Assembly: GCA_023267635.1 (NCBI GenBank)
Contig: JAHFMX010000003.1
Span: forward strand, 26,139 to 90,138
Direction of reading: 5' to 3'
Length of the DNA stretch: 64,000 nucleotides
From: a bacterium
GTDB lineage: Bacteria > Patescibacteriota > Minisyncoccia > Phycocordibacterales > UBA5272
A program made the translations under genes and the position numbers. Of this stretch, positions 1 through 9,491 are shown piece after piece. The stretch's first letter is position 1, and every line of letters begins with the position of its first letter. Under the pieces are notes generated by a model. The model ran no database searches and had not been told where the DNA came from. It saw only the letters and a program-made list of their open reading frames with translations.

Positions 1-4
1 CTCC

Positions 5-622
5 ATGGCTACAGAAAATACAGTGCCACTTCTATGGATCCCAGGTACGAGCAGTCGTGCTTTAGATAAAATGCTTAAGCACAAGATTGATCCTCAGTAT
101 CTGCGGCCATCTCGTTTGGATATTGAAGCTCAAAAAGCGATTATTATTTCCAAACGTTGCACATGTCTTTTTTATGAAGTCGGTGCAACAATTTTCCATG
201 TGCATGAAAAAAATTTCTACCATCTTTCAGATGGCTATAACGGCGCCGCAAAAGGCGATGTTGACCCACGAATTGCTGGCTGTGCCCGCATCGTTGGGGG
301 TGAGCTCAAAGAAGGTGGCGGTCTTTGTCGGGGTTCACATGCAGAATTAAATGCAATCGGGAATTGCACAACTGACACTTCTCTCTATCAAGATGTGAGA
401 ATGATGGTAACTCTTCATCCTTGCAATGTTTGCGCCAAACAAATTGTGAATCGAGGCATACGCACGATTTACTATGTTTGGGAATATGGACGAGATGAAG
501 AGGCTGTTAATTACTTTAAAAGGATGGGTGTTACTGTTGAAAAGTACACATCATCATTTCTTGAAAACTGGATCAAGGTTAACAACTATGATCCCGATGG
601 TTTGAAGCACGGATCTTGTTAA
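5..622 (+). CDS. dCMP deaminase (CMP/dCMP deaminase zinc-binding family); may be 5'-truncated by window edge
   Basis: HAE...PCxxC zinc-binding motif (SHAELNAI, PCNVCAKQI); neighbours are dUTPase and thymidylate kinase. Confidence 0.75.
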   Translation: MATENTVPLLWIPGTSSRALDKMLKHKIDPQYLRPSRLDIEAQKAIIISKRCTCLFYEVGATIFHVHEKNFYHLSDGYNGAAKGDVDPRIAGCARIVGGELKEGGGLCRGSHAELNAIGNCTTDTSLYQDVRMMVTLHPCNVCAKQIVNRGIRTIYYVWEYGRDEEAVNYFKRMGVTVEKYTSSFLENWIKVNNYDPDGLKHGSC

Positions 623-642
623 TCATTTGGTTTCAAGTTCCA

Positions 643-672
643 AAAACCTGTCCTTGGGCAGGTTTTTTCTTT
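643..672 (+). terminator. Rho-independent terminator after dCMP deaminase
   Basis: GC stem aacctg(t)cc/ggcaggtt followed by T-run. Confidence 0.5.
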
Positions 673-690
673 TTGTTACAATGAAGATAC

Positions 691-1110
691 ATGAAATTAA
701 AAGTGAAAAAATTGCACGCTAATGCAAAGCTTCCAACTCGTGCACATCACGATGATGCAGGGCTTGATATTTATTGTTGTGAAGAAACAATCATTCCTCC
801 ACACACAACAGTAAAGGTCTCAACGGGGATTGCTTACGAAGTACCAGACGGGTATTGTGTGTTTGCTTGGGATAAAGGATCACTCGGTTCAAAAGGAATT
901 AAAACCTTAGGGGGTGTTCTTGATTCTGGATATCGAGGAGAATTATTTATTCCAATTCATAATTTAAATGATACGCCGTATACGTTTGAGTCAGGGGACA
1001 AGGTGGCACAAATGGTTATTCAGAAAGTTGAGCTGTGGGAAGTTGAAGAATCAGAAACTCTTTCAGAAACTAAACGCGGAGCGGGGAGTTTTGGAAGTAC
1101 GGGAAAGTAG
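691..1110 (+). CDS. dut: dUTP diphosphatase (dUTPase)
   Basis: AGLDI, GVLDSGYRGEL, KVAQMVI, RGAGSFGSTG motifs typical of trimeric dUTPase. Confidence 0.85.
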   Translation: MKLKVKKLHANAKLPTRAHHDDAGLDIYCCEETIIPPHTTVKVSTGIAYEVPDGYCVFAWDKGSLGSKGIKTLGGVLDSGYRGELFIPIHNLNDTPYTFESGDKVAQMVIQKVELWEVEESETLSETKRGAGSFGSTGK

Positions 1111-1190
1111 TTTTGCTTTTGCTCTCACAAACCTGTAGGATTGAGTACGGTAGTTTTTTCATCAATCTAAACCATATTTAGGAGGTCCTC

Positions 1191-2549
1191 ATGGACATTA
1201 GTCAACTTAAACATTTCACCCAAGGTGACCCAAGCAAGGGGCCTTTCGTTCTTGTTCTGTATGACGGAGCACTGATTACGGCCGAAGATTTGGCCATGCT
1301 TCAAGGGCTGTATTCTCGTTCGCCACAGTCGGTGCTCGGACATCTGAAGAAGCTGGCCGAAGTCGGCTCCGGCAAGTTCATGGTTCAGTACTATGTCGGC
1401 TATGGACACAAATCAATCGGCGACTGCGGCGACACAGCTATCTTTATTGAAGGTGTTTCCATGCTGGTTGCCAAGGCGATTCAGGACTGGGCACTCTACT
1501 GCGGACAGGAGGTGTCTACGCGCTACCTGGACTTTGCTGTTGCGGTATTTATCAATCAGCTTGGACTGTCGGATGAAGAAAATCCACAGGAATGGTTGCG
1601 CAAGTTCTATGTCGACGCCATGCCTAAACTCAAGGAGGAGTTGAGGGTAAGGTATCCGATGCAGCCAGAAGAAAAGGAAGCTGTCTATGAGAAGGCGATT
1701 GCGGCTCGTGCATTTGATATCCTTCGTGCGTTTTTGCCCGCAGGTGCTGCAACCAATTTGTCGTGGACCACAAACCTTCGGCAAGCGGCGGATAAGCTTG
1801 GCTGGTTGCGAGCTCATCCACTTTCGGAAGTGCACAACATTGCCGACATGATCGAGAAAGCTTTGCAGCAGGCGCATCCGAATTCGTTCGGTCATAAGCG
1901 TTATGCAGCAAGCGAGGCATATCGCGAAGTTTGCATGGAAAAGGATTACTACTTCTCGCCGATGTATTGGAAGGAAGAAGTGATCCTCACCCGCAATACG
2001 CTTGATGCCAAGCTTGTGCTTGAACACGCTGAAGCGATAAGTTCGCGTCCAGCGCGGACAGAATTGCCGAAGCATTTGGCTGAAGCGGGGACGCTCCAAT
2101 TCGAGTTTGCTCTCGATTTCGGATCTTTCCGTGATATCCAACGGCAGCGGGCTGTGATTCAGCGTATGCCGATGCTAACAGCGAAGATTGGGTTCCATGA
2201 CTGGTATCTTGATCAGTTGGGACCTGAACTTCGTGCGAAGGCGGAGAAGCTTGTCCTGGAAATCAAGCACTGGTGGGAACGAAACGTGAGAAATCACGGA
2301 GAAGTTGCCCTCCAGTATTACCTTCCAATGGGGCAGCAAGTTGCTTGCCGTGTTACGGGGGACCTTCCAGCATTGGTGTATCTTGTGGAGCTTCGCTCTG
2401 GTTCTACTGTGCATCCCACACTTCGTGAAGTTGCGCAGGAAATAGGTAAACAGATCCGCGAGATCGGTGTTCCTGTCTACATCGATGAATCCGACATGGG
2501 TCGGTTTGATGTGAATCGGGGCACTCAGGACATTGTGGCGAAAGCTTAA
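1191..2549 (+). CDS. ThyX-like protein (putative divergent or tandem-domain FAD-dependent thymidylate synthase); markedly GC-rich
   Basis: RBS aggagg upstream; segment FLPAGAATNLSWTTNLRQAADKL resembles the ThyX LPxxxxTxxxWTxNxR block; canonical RHR...SxRY motif not seen; sits between dut and tmk. Confidence 0.35.
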   Translation: MDISQLKHFTQGDPSKGPFVLVLYDGALITAEDLAMLQGLYSRSPQSVLGHLKKLAEVGSGKFMVQYYVGYGHKSIGDCGDTAIFIEGVSMLVAKAIQDWALYCGQEVSTRYLDFAVAVFINQLGLSDEENPQEWLRKFYVDAMPKLKEELRVRYPMQPEEKEAVYEKAIAARAFDILRAFLPAGAATNLSWTTNLRQAADKLGWLRAHPLSEVHNIADMIEKALQQAHPNSFGHKRYAASEAYREVCMEKDYYFSPMYWKEEVILTRNTLDAKLVLEHAEAISSRPARTELPKHLAEAGTLQFEFALDFGSFRDIQRQRAVIQRMPMLTAKIGFHDWYLDQLGPELRAKAEKLVLEIKHWWERNVRNHGEVALQYYLPMGQQVACRVTGDLPALVYLVELRSGSTVHPTLREVAQEIGKQIREIGVPVYIDESDMGRFDVNRGTQDIVAKA

Positions 2550-2565
2550 TGACCTGAAATCTTTC

Positions 2566-2596
2566 AAACAGGCACCTTGACGGTGCCTGTTTTTTA
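2566..2596 (+). terminator. Rho-independent terminator
   Basis: aaacaggcacc ttga cggtgcctgtttttt. Confidence 0.55.
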
Positions 2597-2679
2597 TTTG
2601 TTTGTGGCATTGTTTCCTTTCCTGTAGGCTTGATATAGGTTCATTTTTAAATTATTGCCGAAAGGCGAAGGAGATTCTC

Positions 2680-3405
2680 ATGACTTCAGATATCGTTCCA
2701 GTAGCGAAATACGTTGTTATCGATGGGATCGACGGTGGGGGCAAAGGGACAATTTTTAAGAGAATTGAAAAGGAGTTCCCTCGTCCGCCGTCTGAAATGG
2801 GGTATGAAAAAATTTTGATGGAGGGACCTGTCGGTAAATACTCCATCATTACTCGTGAGCCAGGCGGCACACCTCTTGCTGAAAAGTTGAGGGGCATGAT
2901 TTTGAGTGACGTCATGTCTTCCTTTTCTGAGTTCTGCTTGTTTCTTGGACAGCGGGATGATGGTCGCAAGCAGGTGATTCATCCTGCTTTGGCGGGCGGC
3001 GTGAACGTTATTTCGGACAGGTCAGATTCAGCAACGTTCGCTTACCAATTGCGGGGACGACAACTTGATCATCTGGAAGATTTGTATTGGAAGACGCGCC
3101 CTATGATGGCACCTCTTCCGAGTTTGTACGTCTTTTTAGATCTCGATCCGCTTGTTGCTGCTCAACGTATGACTGGTCGAGGTAATGAGGCGGATAACTT
3201 CGAGAAGCAGAACACCGAGTTCTTCGAGCGTGTAAGGAACGGATTCAAGGAATTTGCACAGAAAGTTGAAGCACCCTGCCGCTTTGTGAATGCTGAGCAA
3301 GGAAAAGATGAAGTGGCAGAAGATGTGCTCAAGATCCTTCGCGAGCACATCGGTGTCGCTCCGAAGGTGGAAGCAAATATTTTTCCGCTTGAGCGGCGAG
3401 CGTGA
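2680..3405 (+). CDS. tmk: thymidylate kinase
   Basis: P-loop IDGIDGGGKGT and REPGGTPLAEKLR lid-region motif; RBS aaggag; start moved to the ATG at 2680 inside ORF 2602..3405. Confidence 0.85.
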   Translation: MTSDIVPVAKYVVIDGIDGGGKGTIFKRIEKEFPRPPSEMGYEKILMEGPVGKYSIITREPGGTPLAEKLRGMILSDVMSSFSEFCLFLGQRDDGRKQVIHPALAGGVNVISDRSDSATFAYQLRGRQLDHLEDLYWKTRPMMAPLPSLYVFLDLDPLVAAQRMTGRGNEADNFEKQNTEFFERVRNGFKEFAQKVEAPCRFVNAEQGKDEVAEDVLKILREHIGVAPKVEANIFPLERRA

Positions 3406-3407
3406 AA

Positions 3408-3435
3408 CGAAACCAGCCCTTGTGCTGGTTTTTCT
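3408..3435 (+). terminator. Rho-independent terminator after tmk
   Basis: aaaccagccc ttgt gctggttttt. Confidence 0.5.
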
Positions 3436-3469
3436 TTTTATTAATTCTCAAATAAGGTAGTATAGATGC

Positions 3470-5224
3470 ATGAATTCGTACGAGACCATCAAAGACACAC
3501 TTGCAGAACTATGTCAGGAAAAAGGGGTTGAATCTTCTTTTTCTTTGGATATGCCAGAAGATAGTCTTCATGGTGATTACGCTACAAACGTAGCTTTTCT
3601 TCTTTCAAAACAAACAGGTGTGTCTCCCAAGGAAACTGCAGAGCAGCTTATCTCTACACTTATGACTGAGTTAGAAGATGTTGTAGAAAAAGCAGAAGTT
3701 GCTGGCCCTGGCTTTATTAATTTCTTTTTGAAAGATGACGTACGAACAGACGAAGCAGAATCAGTTGCGCTCAGTGATATCACAAACGTTGGCGGAAAAG
3801 GAAAAGTAATTGTTGAATATACCGACCCAAATCCATTTAAGCTTTTTCATATTGGACACCTTGTACCAAATGCGATTGGAGAGTCAGTCGCGCGTATCTA
3901 CGAGGCAGAAGGGTACGATGTAATACGAGTATGCTATCAGGGAGATGTTGGTATGCACGTTGCGCAGGCAATTTTTGGTATTCAGTGGAAGCTTGCTCAT
4001 GAAAATGAAAACAAAGAGATTGATCTGTTCTTTAACGATGAAACTGCACTTGTTCATAAAATACAATTTCTTGGCGCTTGTTACGCTCTTGGTAATACCA
4101 TGTTTACAGACGAAGAGCTGTATACCTTTGCAACATTAGAAGAGAAAAAGAACGCTTTTAAAGATATTAACAAAAAGATTTTTGAAAAGAGTGACTCAGA
4201 AATAAATCGTTTGTATGACCTCGGTAAGATGTGGAGCCTTGAGTACTTTGAAACGATCTATGAAAAACTTGGAACGCAGTTTGATCATTATATTTTTGAA
4301 AGCGAAGTTGGAAAAGATGGTGCTCAGATTGTTAAAGAGAATATCGGTACCATTTTCCACGAATCAGATGGGGCTGTTGTATTTAAGGGTGAAGATATTG
4401 GGCTGCATACTCGTGTATTCATAAACTCTCAAGGGCTTCCAACATATGAAGCGAAAGAATTAGGCAACACCTACAAGAAAGATCTTTTGGTCCCAGATTC
4501 AATCCTTTCTGTTGTGGTTACCGCAAATGAAGTCAATGAGTATTTTAAAGTTATGAAAGCAGTGTTTGAGCAAATTGATAAACCACTTGCTGATAAGTTA
4601 CTTCATGTTTCTCATGGCATGCTTCGTCTCCCAGAAGGGAAGATGTCATCTCGAAAAGGAAACGTGATTCCTGCAGAAGAGCTCATCGCCACAGTAAGTG
4701 AGCGTATTGCTGTACGATTGGAAGATATGAAGGTGCGAGAGGGACAGAAGGTGCAGCTTATTAACGATATTGCCGTTGGGGCAATTAAGTTTTCAATTCT
4801 TAAATCAGCCCCAGGGAAGGATATGATTTTTGATCTTGAGAAGTCTCTTTCGTTTGAAGGGGATTCAGGACCGTATCTTCAATACACACATGCTCGTCTC
4901 TCGGCGTTGCTTGATAAAGCAGAAGAAGCAGGAATCTCAATTGAGAGTTATGCGATAGAACATTCTGAACGAGAACTAGAGCAAGTTATCATTGGGTATA
5001 CACAAGTGCTACAGAAGGCGTACAAAGACATGGGTCCACATCACATCGTTCAGCACCTTCTTGTGCTTACTCGTGCGTTTAACAATATGTACGGTCGCGT
5101 GCAAATTGTGAATGAGGAGGATGCAGAAACTAGTGCGTATTACGTTATGTTAGCAACGGCTACCAAAAACATCTTGGCGCACGGACTCTATACACTCGGC
5201 ATTGTCGCTCCAAGTCGAATGTAG
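3470..5224 (+). CDS. argS: arginyl-tRNA synthetase
   Basis: Class I HIGH (HIGHLVP), MSSRKG KMSKS-like motif, N-terminal Add-1 domain, DALR-type C-terminus. Confidence 0.9.
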   Translation: MNSYETIKDTLAELCQEKGVESSFSLDMPEDSLHGDYATNVAFLLSKQTGVSPKETAEQLISTLMTELEDVVEKAEVAGPGFINFFLKDDVRTDEAESVALSDITNVGGKGKVIVEYTDPNPFKLFHIGHLVPNAIGESVARIYEAEGYDVIRVCYQGDVGMHVAQAIFGIQWKLAHENENKEIDLFFNDETALVHKIQFLGACYALGNTMFTDEELYTFATLEEKKNAFKDINKKIFEKSDSEINRLYDLGKMWSLEYFETIYEKLGTQFDHYIFESEVGKDGAQIVKENIGTIFHESDGAVVFKGEDIGLHTRVFINSQGLPTYEAKELGNTYKKDLLVPDSILSVVVTANEVNEYFKVMKAVFEQIDKPLADKLLHVSHGMLRLPEGKMSSRKGNVIPAEELIATVSERIAVRLEDMKVREGQKVQLINDIAVGAIKFSILKSAPGKDMIFDLEKSLSFEGDSGPYLQYTHARLSALLDKAEEAGISIESYAIEHSERELEQVIIGYTQVLQKAYKDMGPHHIVQHLLVLTRAFNNMYGRVQIVNEEDAETSAYYVMLATATKNILAHGLYTLGIVAPSRM

Positions 5225-5289
5225 TAGCCTGTTTACCTTTATCAATTAGTGAGGTATTATAAAGTCATAGCAGTGACGGGACCAATCAC

Positions 5290-5485
5290 CCCCGAGCTTC
5301 AGGAAGAACACCCAGCCCCAGTTTTGGAAACAGTGAAACAAAACTGGGGCTGGGTAAGTAGAACCTATCAATGAGGGGATAGAAATATCCTAAAAACAAG
5401 GTGGTACCACGATTTCAAACATGAAACTCGTCCTTGGAAAATAATAGCAATATTGTTTTCTGTGGACGAGTTTTATTTATTTACA
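5290..5485 (+). promoter_or_regulatory. T-box riboswitch leader upstream of ileS
   Basis: T-box consensus-like caaGGUGGUACCACG at 5397..5411 followed by terminator hairpin actcgtcc/ggacgagt (5426..5471) and U-run; 16-bp perfect hairpin 5310..5355 upstream. Confidence 0.55.
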
Positions 5486-5490
5486 CATCT

Positions 5491-8400
5491 ATGTCTGACA
5501 ATACTTTACCCAAACCAAAAACAATAAACGAGAAAGAACAGGAAACGCTTCTTTTCTGGCAACAGAATGACATCTTCGAGAAGTCAGTAGAAAATCCTGC
5601 AAGCGAAATACCGAAAGGGTCATTCTCTTTTTATGATGGGCCACCATTTGCTACAGGGCTTCCTCATCACGGACATATTCTCGCTGGAACAATCAAGGAT
5701 GCTATTCCTCGGTATCAGACAATGAAAGGTAATTCTGTTCGTCGTATTTGGGGGTGGGATTGTCACGGGCTTCCTATTGAGAATCTTATTGAAAAGAAAT
5801 TAGGTCTTGCTTCAAAAAAAGACATTGAAGCATTTGGAATTGATAAGTTCAATCAAGATGCATTTAATTCAGTGCTTCAGTATGAAGAAGAATGGAAAAA
5901 AGTTGTTCCACGAGTTGGACGTTTTGTTGATATGGAGCATGCCTACAAAACAATGGATTCAACGTATACAGAAAGTATTTGGTGGGCATGGAAAACATTA
6001 TACGAAAAAGGACTTGCCTATGAGGGGTACAAGATAATGCATATCTGTCCGAGATGTGAGACAACACTTGCTCAATCTGAGGTGGGTATGGAGTACCACG
6101 ATGTAACTGATCTTTCAGTAACTGCAAAGTTTGAACTGGTGGACGAACCAGGGACATACGTTCTTGCGTGGACTACAACACCATGGACACTTCCAGGAAA
6201 CACAGCGCTCGCACTTTGTGAGACCGCTCAATATATAAAGGTATTAATTGAGGGAATGGAAGGAATGTATGTTCTTGCTAACGAGAGAAAAGAAGACGTA
6301 TTAAAAGATATGAAGTATGAAGTGAAAGAAATGTTTGCAGGTTCAACGCTCATTGGAAAATCATACAAGCCAGTATTCCCATATTTCGTAGATAAAGAAA
6401 TTGATAATAAAGAAAATATCTGGAAAATCTGGCACGCTGATTTTATTACGCTTGATACTGGAACAGGTGTTGCACACGAAGCTCCAGCCTTTGGAGCAGA
6501 AGACATGGATCTTGCAAAGTTGCACAGAATTCCAGTTATCAAACACGTGAAGATGGATGGAACATTTACAACCGAGGTGATTGATTTTGTTGGAATGAAG
6601 GTAAAGCAAAAAGATGATACACAGTCAGCTGATATTGAAATTATTAAGTATCTAGCTCATAATGGAAAACTTTTTGAGAAGCATAAAATTATTCACTCAT
6701 ATCCACTTTGCTGGCGATGTAAGACGCCACTCCTTAATTACGCTACATCTTCATGGTTTGTTGATGTTCCTAAAATGAAAGAGAAACTTCTCTCAGAAAA
6801 TGAAAATATTGGTTGGACTCCGTCACATATTAGAGATGGAAGATTTGGTAAGTGGCTTGAAGGTGCTCATGAGTGGGCGGTATCACGCTCACGATATTGG
6901 GGCGCTCCTCTTCCTGTGTGGAAAAATGAAGCCGGAGATATGAAAATCATTGGCTCACTTAAAGAGCTTGCTGCACTGAATAAAAATAAACCAAAGAATA
7001 CGTATTTTGCTATTCGTCATGGCGAAGCGCAGAGTAATATTAATCGAGTGTTGGATAGTTATGGTGACCCACACAACCACCTTACTGAAACTGGTAAAGA
7101 ACAAGCTCGTCACGCTGGGCACTTTGCAAAAGAACAAGGGATAGATATTATCGTGTATTCACCATTGCTTCGAACAGAAGAAACAGCTCGCATTATAAAA
7201 GAGATGTGTGGAGCAGAATCAGTTGTTGATAAGCGGCTTCGTGAGTTTGATACGGGAATCTTTTCGGGCACAAGTGTTGATGAGTTCCATGTACGTCAGC
7301 GAGCTGATTTCATGGATCTCGACACTAAATTACCAGAAGGGGAATCTCATCGTGATCTCATGAACCGCACTATGCAGGTTCTTGAGGATTGTGAAAAAGA
7401 ATATGTGGGTAAAAAAATTCTCTTCGTAACACACGGATCTCCTGTGTGGATGCTTGAAGCAGCAGCTCATTTGCGTACTGATGAGGAAATTGTTGCGGAC
7501 ATGATGATGCACGAAGACACATCTCCTGCGCACGCCCATGTGGTGCCTGTGCATCCTCAACTCGTTCCGCGAGATGAAACAGGGGCTGTTAATCTTCACC
7601 GTCCGTATATTGATGAAATAGAACTGGAAATTGATGGAGTAATCTATAAACGAATTGGAGATGTTTTTGATTGTTGGTTTGAATCTGGGTCTATGCCGTT
7701 TGCGTCACTTCACTATCCATTTGAGAACAAAGAAATCTTTGAAAAGAACTATCCAGCTGAATTTATTGCTGAAGGATTAGATCAAACACGTGGATGGTTC
7801 TACTCGCTTATTAACTTAGGGGTTGGATTGTTTGATAAGGCTCCATATAAGCACGTTATTGTGAACGGTCTTGTGATGGCGGAATCAGGTCTTAAACTTT
7901 CAAAGAGCGATAAAAACTATACTGACCCTATGGAGCTTGTGGAGAAGTACGGGGCAGACGCAATGCGATACGCACTTCTTTCGAGTCCTGTGGTTAAGGG
8001 AGAAAATATCTTGTTTACAGATAAGACCGTGGAGGATGTGTACAAAAAAGTAATTTCTCGATTGGAGAACGTTCTCTCTTTGTATGAAATGAATAAAGAA
8101 GAAGGGGTGCAAGCGGTGGCCACTTCTACAAATGTTTTGGATAGATGGATTATTTCAAGGGTTCATGAGGTCGTTGCGAGAGTGACTAAAGGATACGACA
8201 CGTATATGCTTGATGAAGCTACGTACCCAATCGACCAACTTATTGATGACCTGTCTGTTTGGTATGTCAGACGCAGTCGAGACCGCCTTAAAGGAGATGC
8301 TGGTGCTGAAGAAAAGAAACAAGCATACGAAACAGTAACGTACGTACTGCTTACTCTTTCAAAAGTAATTGCTCCAGTAATGCCTTTCATTGCTGAAAGG

Positions 8401-8931
8401 GTGTACAGTACTGTTGGAGGAGAAAAAGAATCAGTGCATCTGGAAGTCTGGCCTCAGACTTTCTCAGTAGATACTGAATTATTGGTTACTATGAAAAAGG
8501 TTCGCGAACTTGTAACGGTAGCGCTGTCACTTCGCACACAAGCAAAGATTGCTGTAAGACAACCACTCCAGAAACTTATTCTTAAGGAGAAGGTTGGAGA
8601 GGAGTATGTTTCAACAATTCTTGACGAGCTTAACGTAAAGGAAATTTCATTTGATGAAACTCAGACAGAAGCTTGTGTACTTGATACTACGGTGACAGAC
8701 ATACTGCAAGCAGAAGGAGATGTTCGTAATCTTATGCGCGCGGTTCAAGATGCTCGCAAGGATAAAGGACTCACGCCGAAAGATTCAATTGTTCTTACTA
8801 CTGAGTTTGTGGTCCCAGAACAGTTCAAAGCTCTTCTCATGAATACGTGTCGAATTAGTTCAATAGAAAAGGGAAGCGGAACATATACAGCTGAAACATC
8901 AACGGGCACTATCTCCTTTGATATCCAATAA
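5491..8931 (+). CDS. ileS: isoleucyl-tRNA synthetase, type 2 (eukaryote/archaeal-like), with an inserted histidine phosphatase (PGAM-like) domain
   Basis: PPFATGLPHHGHIL HIGH region, WTTTPWTLPGN, HSYPLCWRCKTPL, KLSKS; ATG at 5491 preferred over the TTG at 5434 because 5434..5490 lies inside the T-box terminator; insertion carries RHGE...N and THGS motifs. Confidence 0.9.
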   Translation: MSDNTLPKPKTINEKEQETLLFWQQNDIFEKSVENPASEIPKGSFSFYDGPPFATGLPHHGHILAGTIKDAIPRYQTMKGNSVRRIWGWDCHGLPIENLIEKKLGLASKKDIEAFGIDKFNQDAFNSVLQYEEEWKKVVPRVGRFVDMEHAYKTMDSTYTESIWWAWKTLYEKGLAYEGYKIMHICPRCETTLAQSEVGMEYHDVTDLSVTAKFELVDEPGTYVLAWTTTPWTLPGNTALALCETAQYIKVLIEGMEGMYVLANERKEDVLKDMKYEVKEMFAGSTLIGKSYKPVFPYFVDKEIDNKENIWKIWHADFITLDTGTGVAHEAPAFGAEDMDLAKLHRIPVIKHVKMDGTFTTEVIDFVGMKVKQKDDTQSADIEIIKYLAHNGKLFEKHKIIHSYPLCWRCKTPLLNYATSSWFVDVPKMKEKLLSENENIGWTPSHIRDGRFGKWLEGAHEWAVSRSRYWGAPLPVWKNEAGDMKIIGSLKELAALNKNKPKNTYFAIRHGEAQSNINRVLDSYGDPHNHLTETGKEQARHAGHFAKEQGIDIIVYSPLLRTEETARIIKEMCGAESVVDKRLREFDTGIFSGTSVDEFHVRQRADFMDLDTKLPEGESHRDLMNRTMQVLEDCEKEYVGKKILFVTHGSPVWMLEAAAHLRTDEEIVADMMMHEDTSPAHAHVVPVHPQLVPRDETGAVNLHRPYIDEIELEIDGVIYKRIGDVFDCWFESGSMPFASLHYPFENKEIFEKNYPAEFIAEGLDQTRGWFYSLINLGVGLFDKAPYKHVIVNGLVMAESGLKLSKSDKNYTDPMELVEKYGADAMRYALLSSPVVKGENILFTDKTVEDVYKKVISRLENVLSLYEMNKEEGVQAVATSTNVLDRWIISRVHEVVARVTKGYDTYMLDEATYPIDQLIDDLSVWYVRRSRDRLKGDAGAEEKKQAYETVTYVLLTLSKVIAPVMPFIAERVYSTVGGEKESVHLEVWPQTFSVDTELLVTMKKVRELVTVALSLRTQAKIAVRQPLQKLILKEKVGEEYVSTILDELNVKEISFDETQTEACVLDTTVTDILQAEGDVRNLMRAVQDARKDKGLTPKDSIVLTTEFVVPEQFKALLMNTCRISSIEKGSGTYTAETSTGTISFDIQ

Positions 8932-9486
8932 ATGGCTATTGAAAAATACACCACAAAAGCAATTGTCATAGAATCCTTTGATCAAGGGGAGCATGACAGG
9001 GTGTATAAGGTGTTTACTCGTGAGTTTGGATTACTCATGGTTCACGCAAAAAGTGTACGTAAATTGGAGAGTAAGTTACGAGCCCATATAACTCCGCGAT
9101 CTATTGCGCTCATCACGCTTGTGCAAGGACGTGAAGTGTGGAGATTAACTGGGGCAGAAGAAGCAGAAAGTGTGGATGAAATGTTACATGAAGTAACCCA
9201 TCTTATTAAACGGTTCATTCGTGGTGAAGGTGCACACAAAGCACTCTACGATAGATTGATTCAGTTTCTTTCTGAAGCTTCTGTGTTCGATAAACAAAAA
9301 GCAAGATTACTCGTGCACTATATTGTGCTTGTTGAACTTGGATATGCTGATGCAAAAGTAATTGGTGCAAAAGATATTAAAGAGTACATTGATTGGAATG
9401 TAGGTGATTTGTATACACACCTTCTTCTTTCATATACACAGGTTCGAGCACATGTGCATGAAGTATTGAAGGAAACACAGTTATAA
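8932..9486 (+). CDS. recO: DNA repair protein RecO-like (short form)
   Basis: N-terminal OB-fold pattern KAIVIESFDQGEHDRVYKVFTREFGLLMVHAKSVRK matches the RecO N-terminus; start overlaps the ileS stop. Confidence 0.5.
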   Translation: MAIEKYTTKAIVIESFDQGEHDRVYKVFTREFGLLMVHAKSVRKLESKLRAHITPRSIALITLVQGREVWRLTGAEEAESVDEMLHEVTHLIKRFIRGEGAHKALYDRLIQFLSEASVFDKQKARLLVHYIVLVELGYADAKVIGAKDIKEYIDWNVGDLYTHLLLSYTQVRAHVHEVLKETQL

Positions 9487-9491
9487 GTGAG

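Noticed and set aside
1413-2141. Long antisense ORFs opposite real genes (for example 1413..2141 minus opposite the ThyX-like ORF, 48144..48839 minus opposite secD, 24947..25354 minus opposite ftsH, 15702..16205 minus)
   Set aside because: They overlap well-supported genes on the other strand, lack RBS or motifs and have biased, low-complexity composition typical of shadow ORFs in GC-richer segments.
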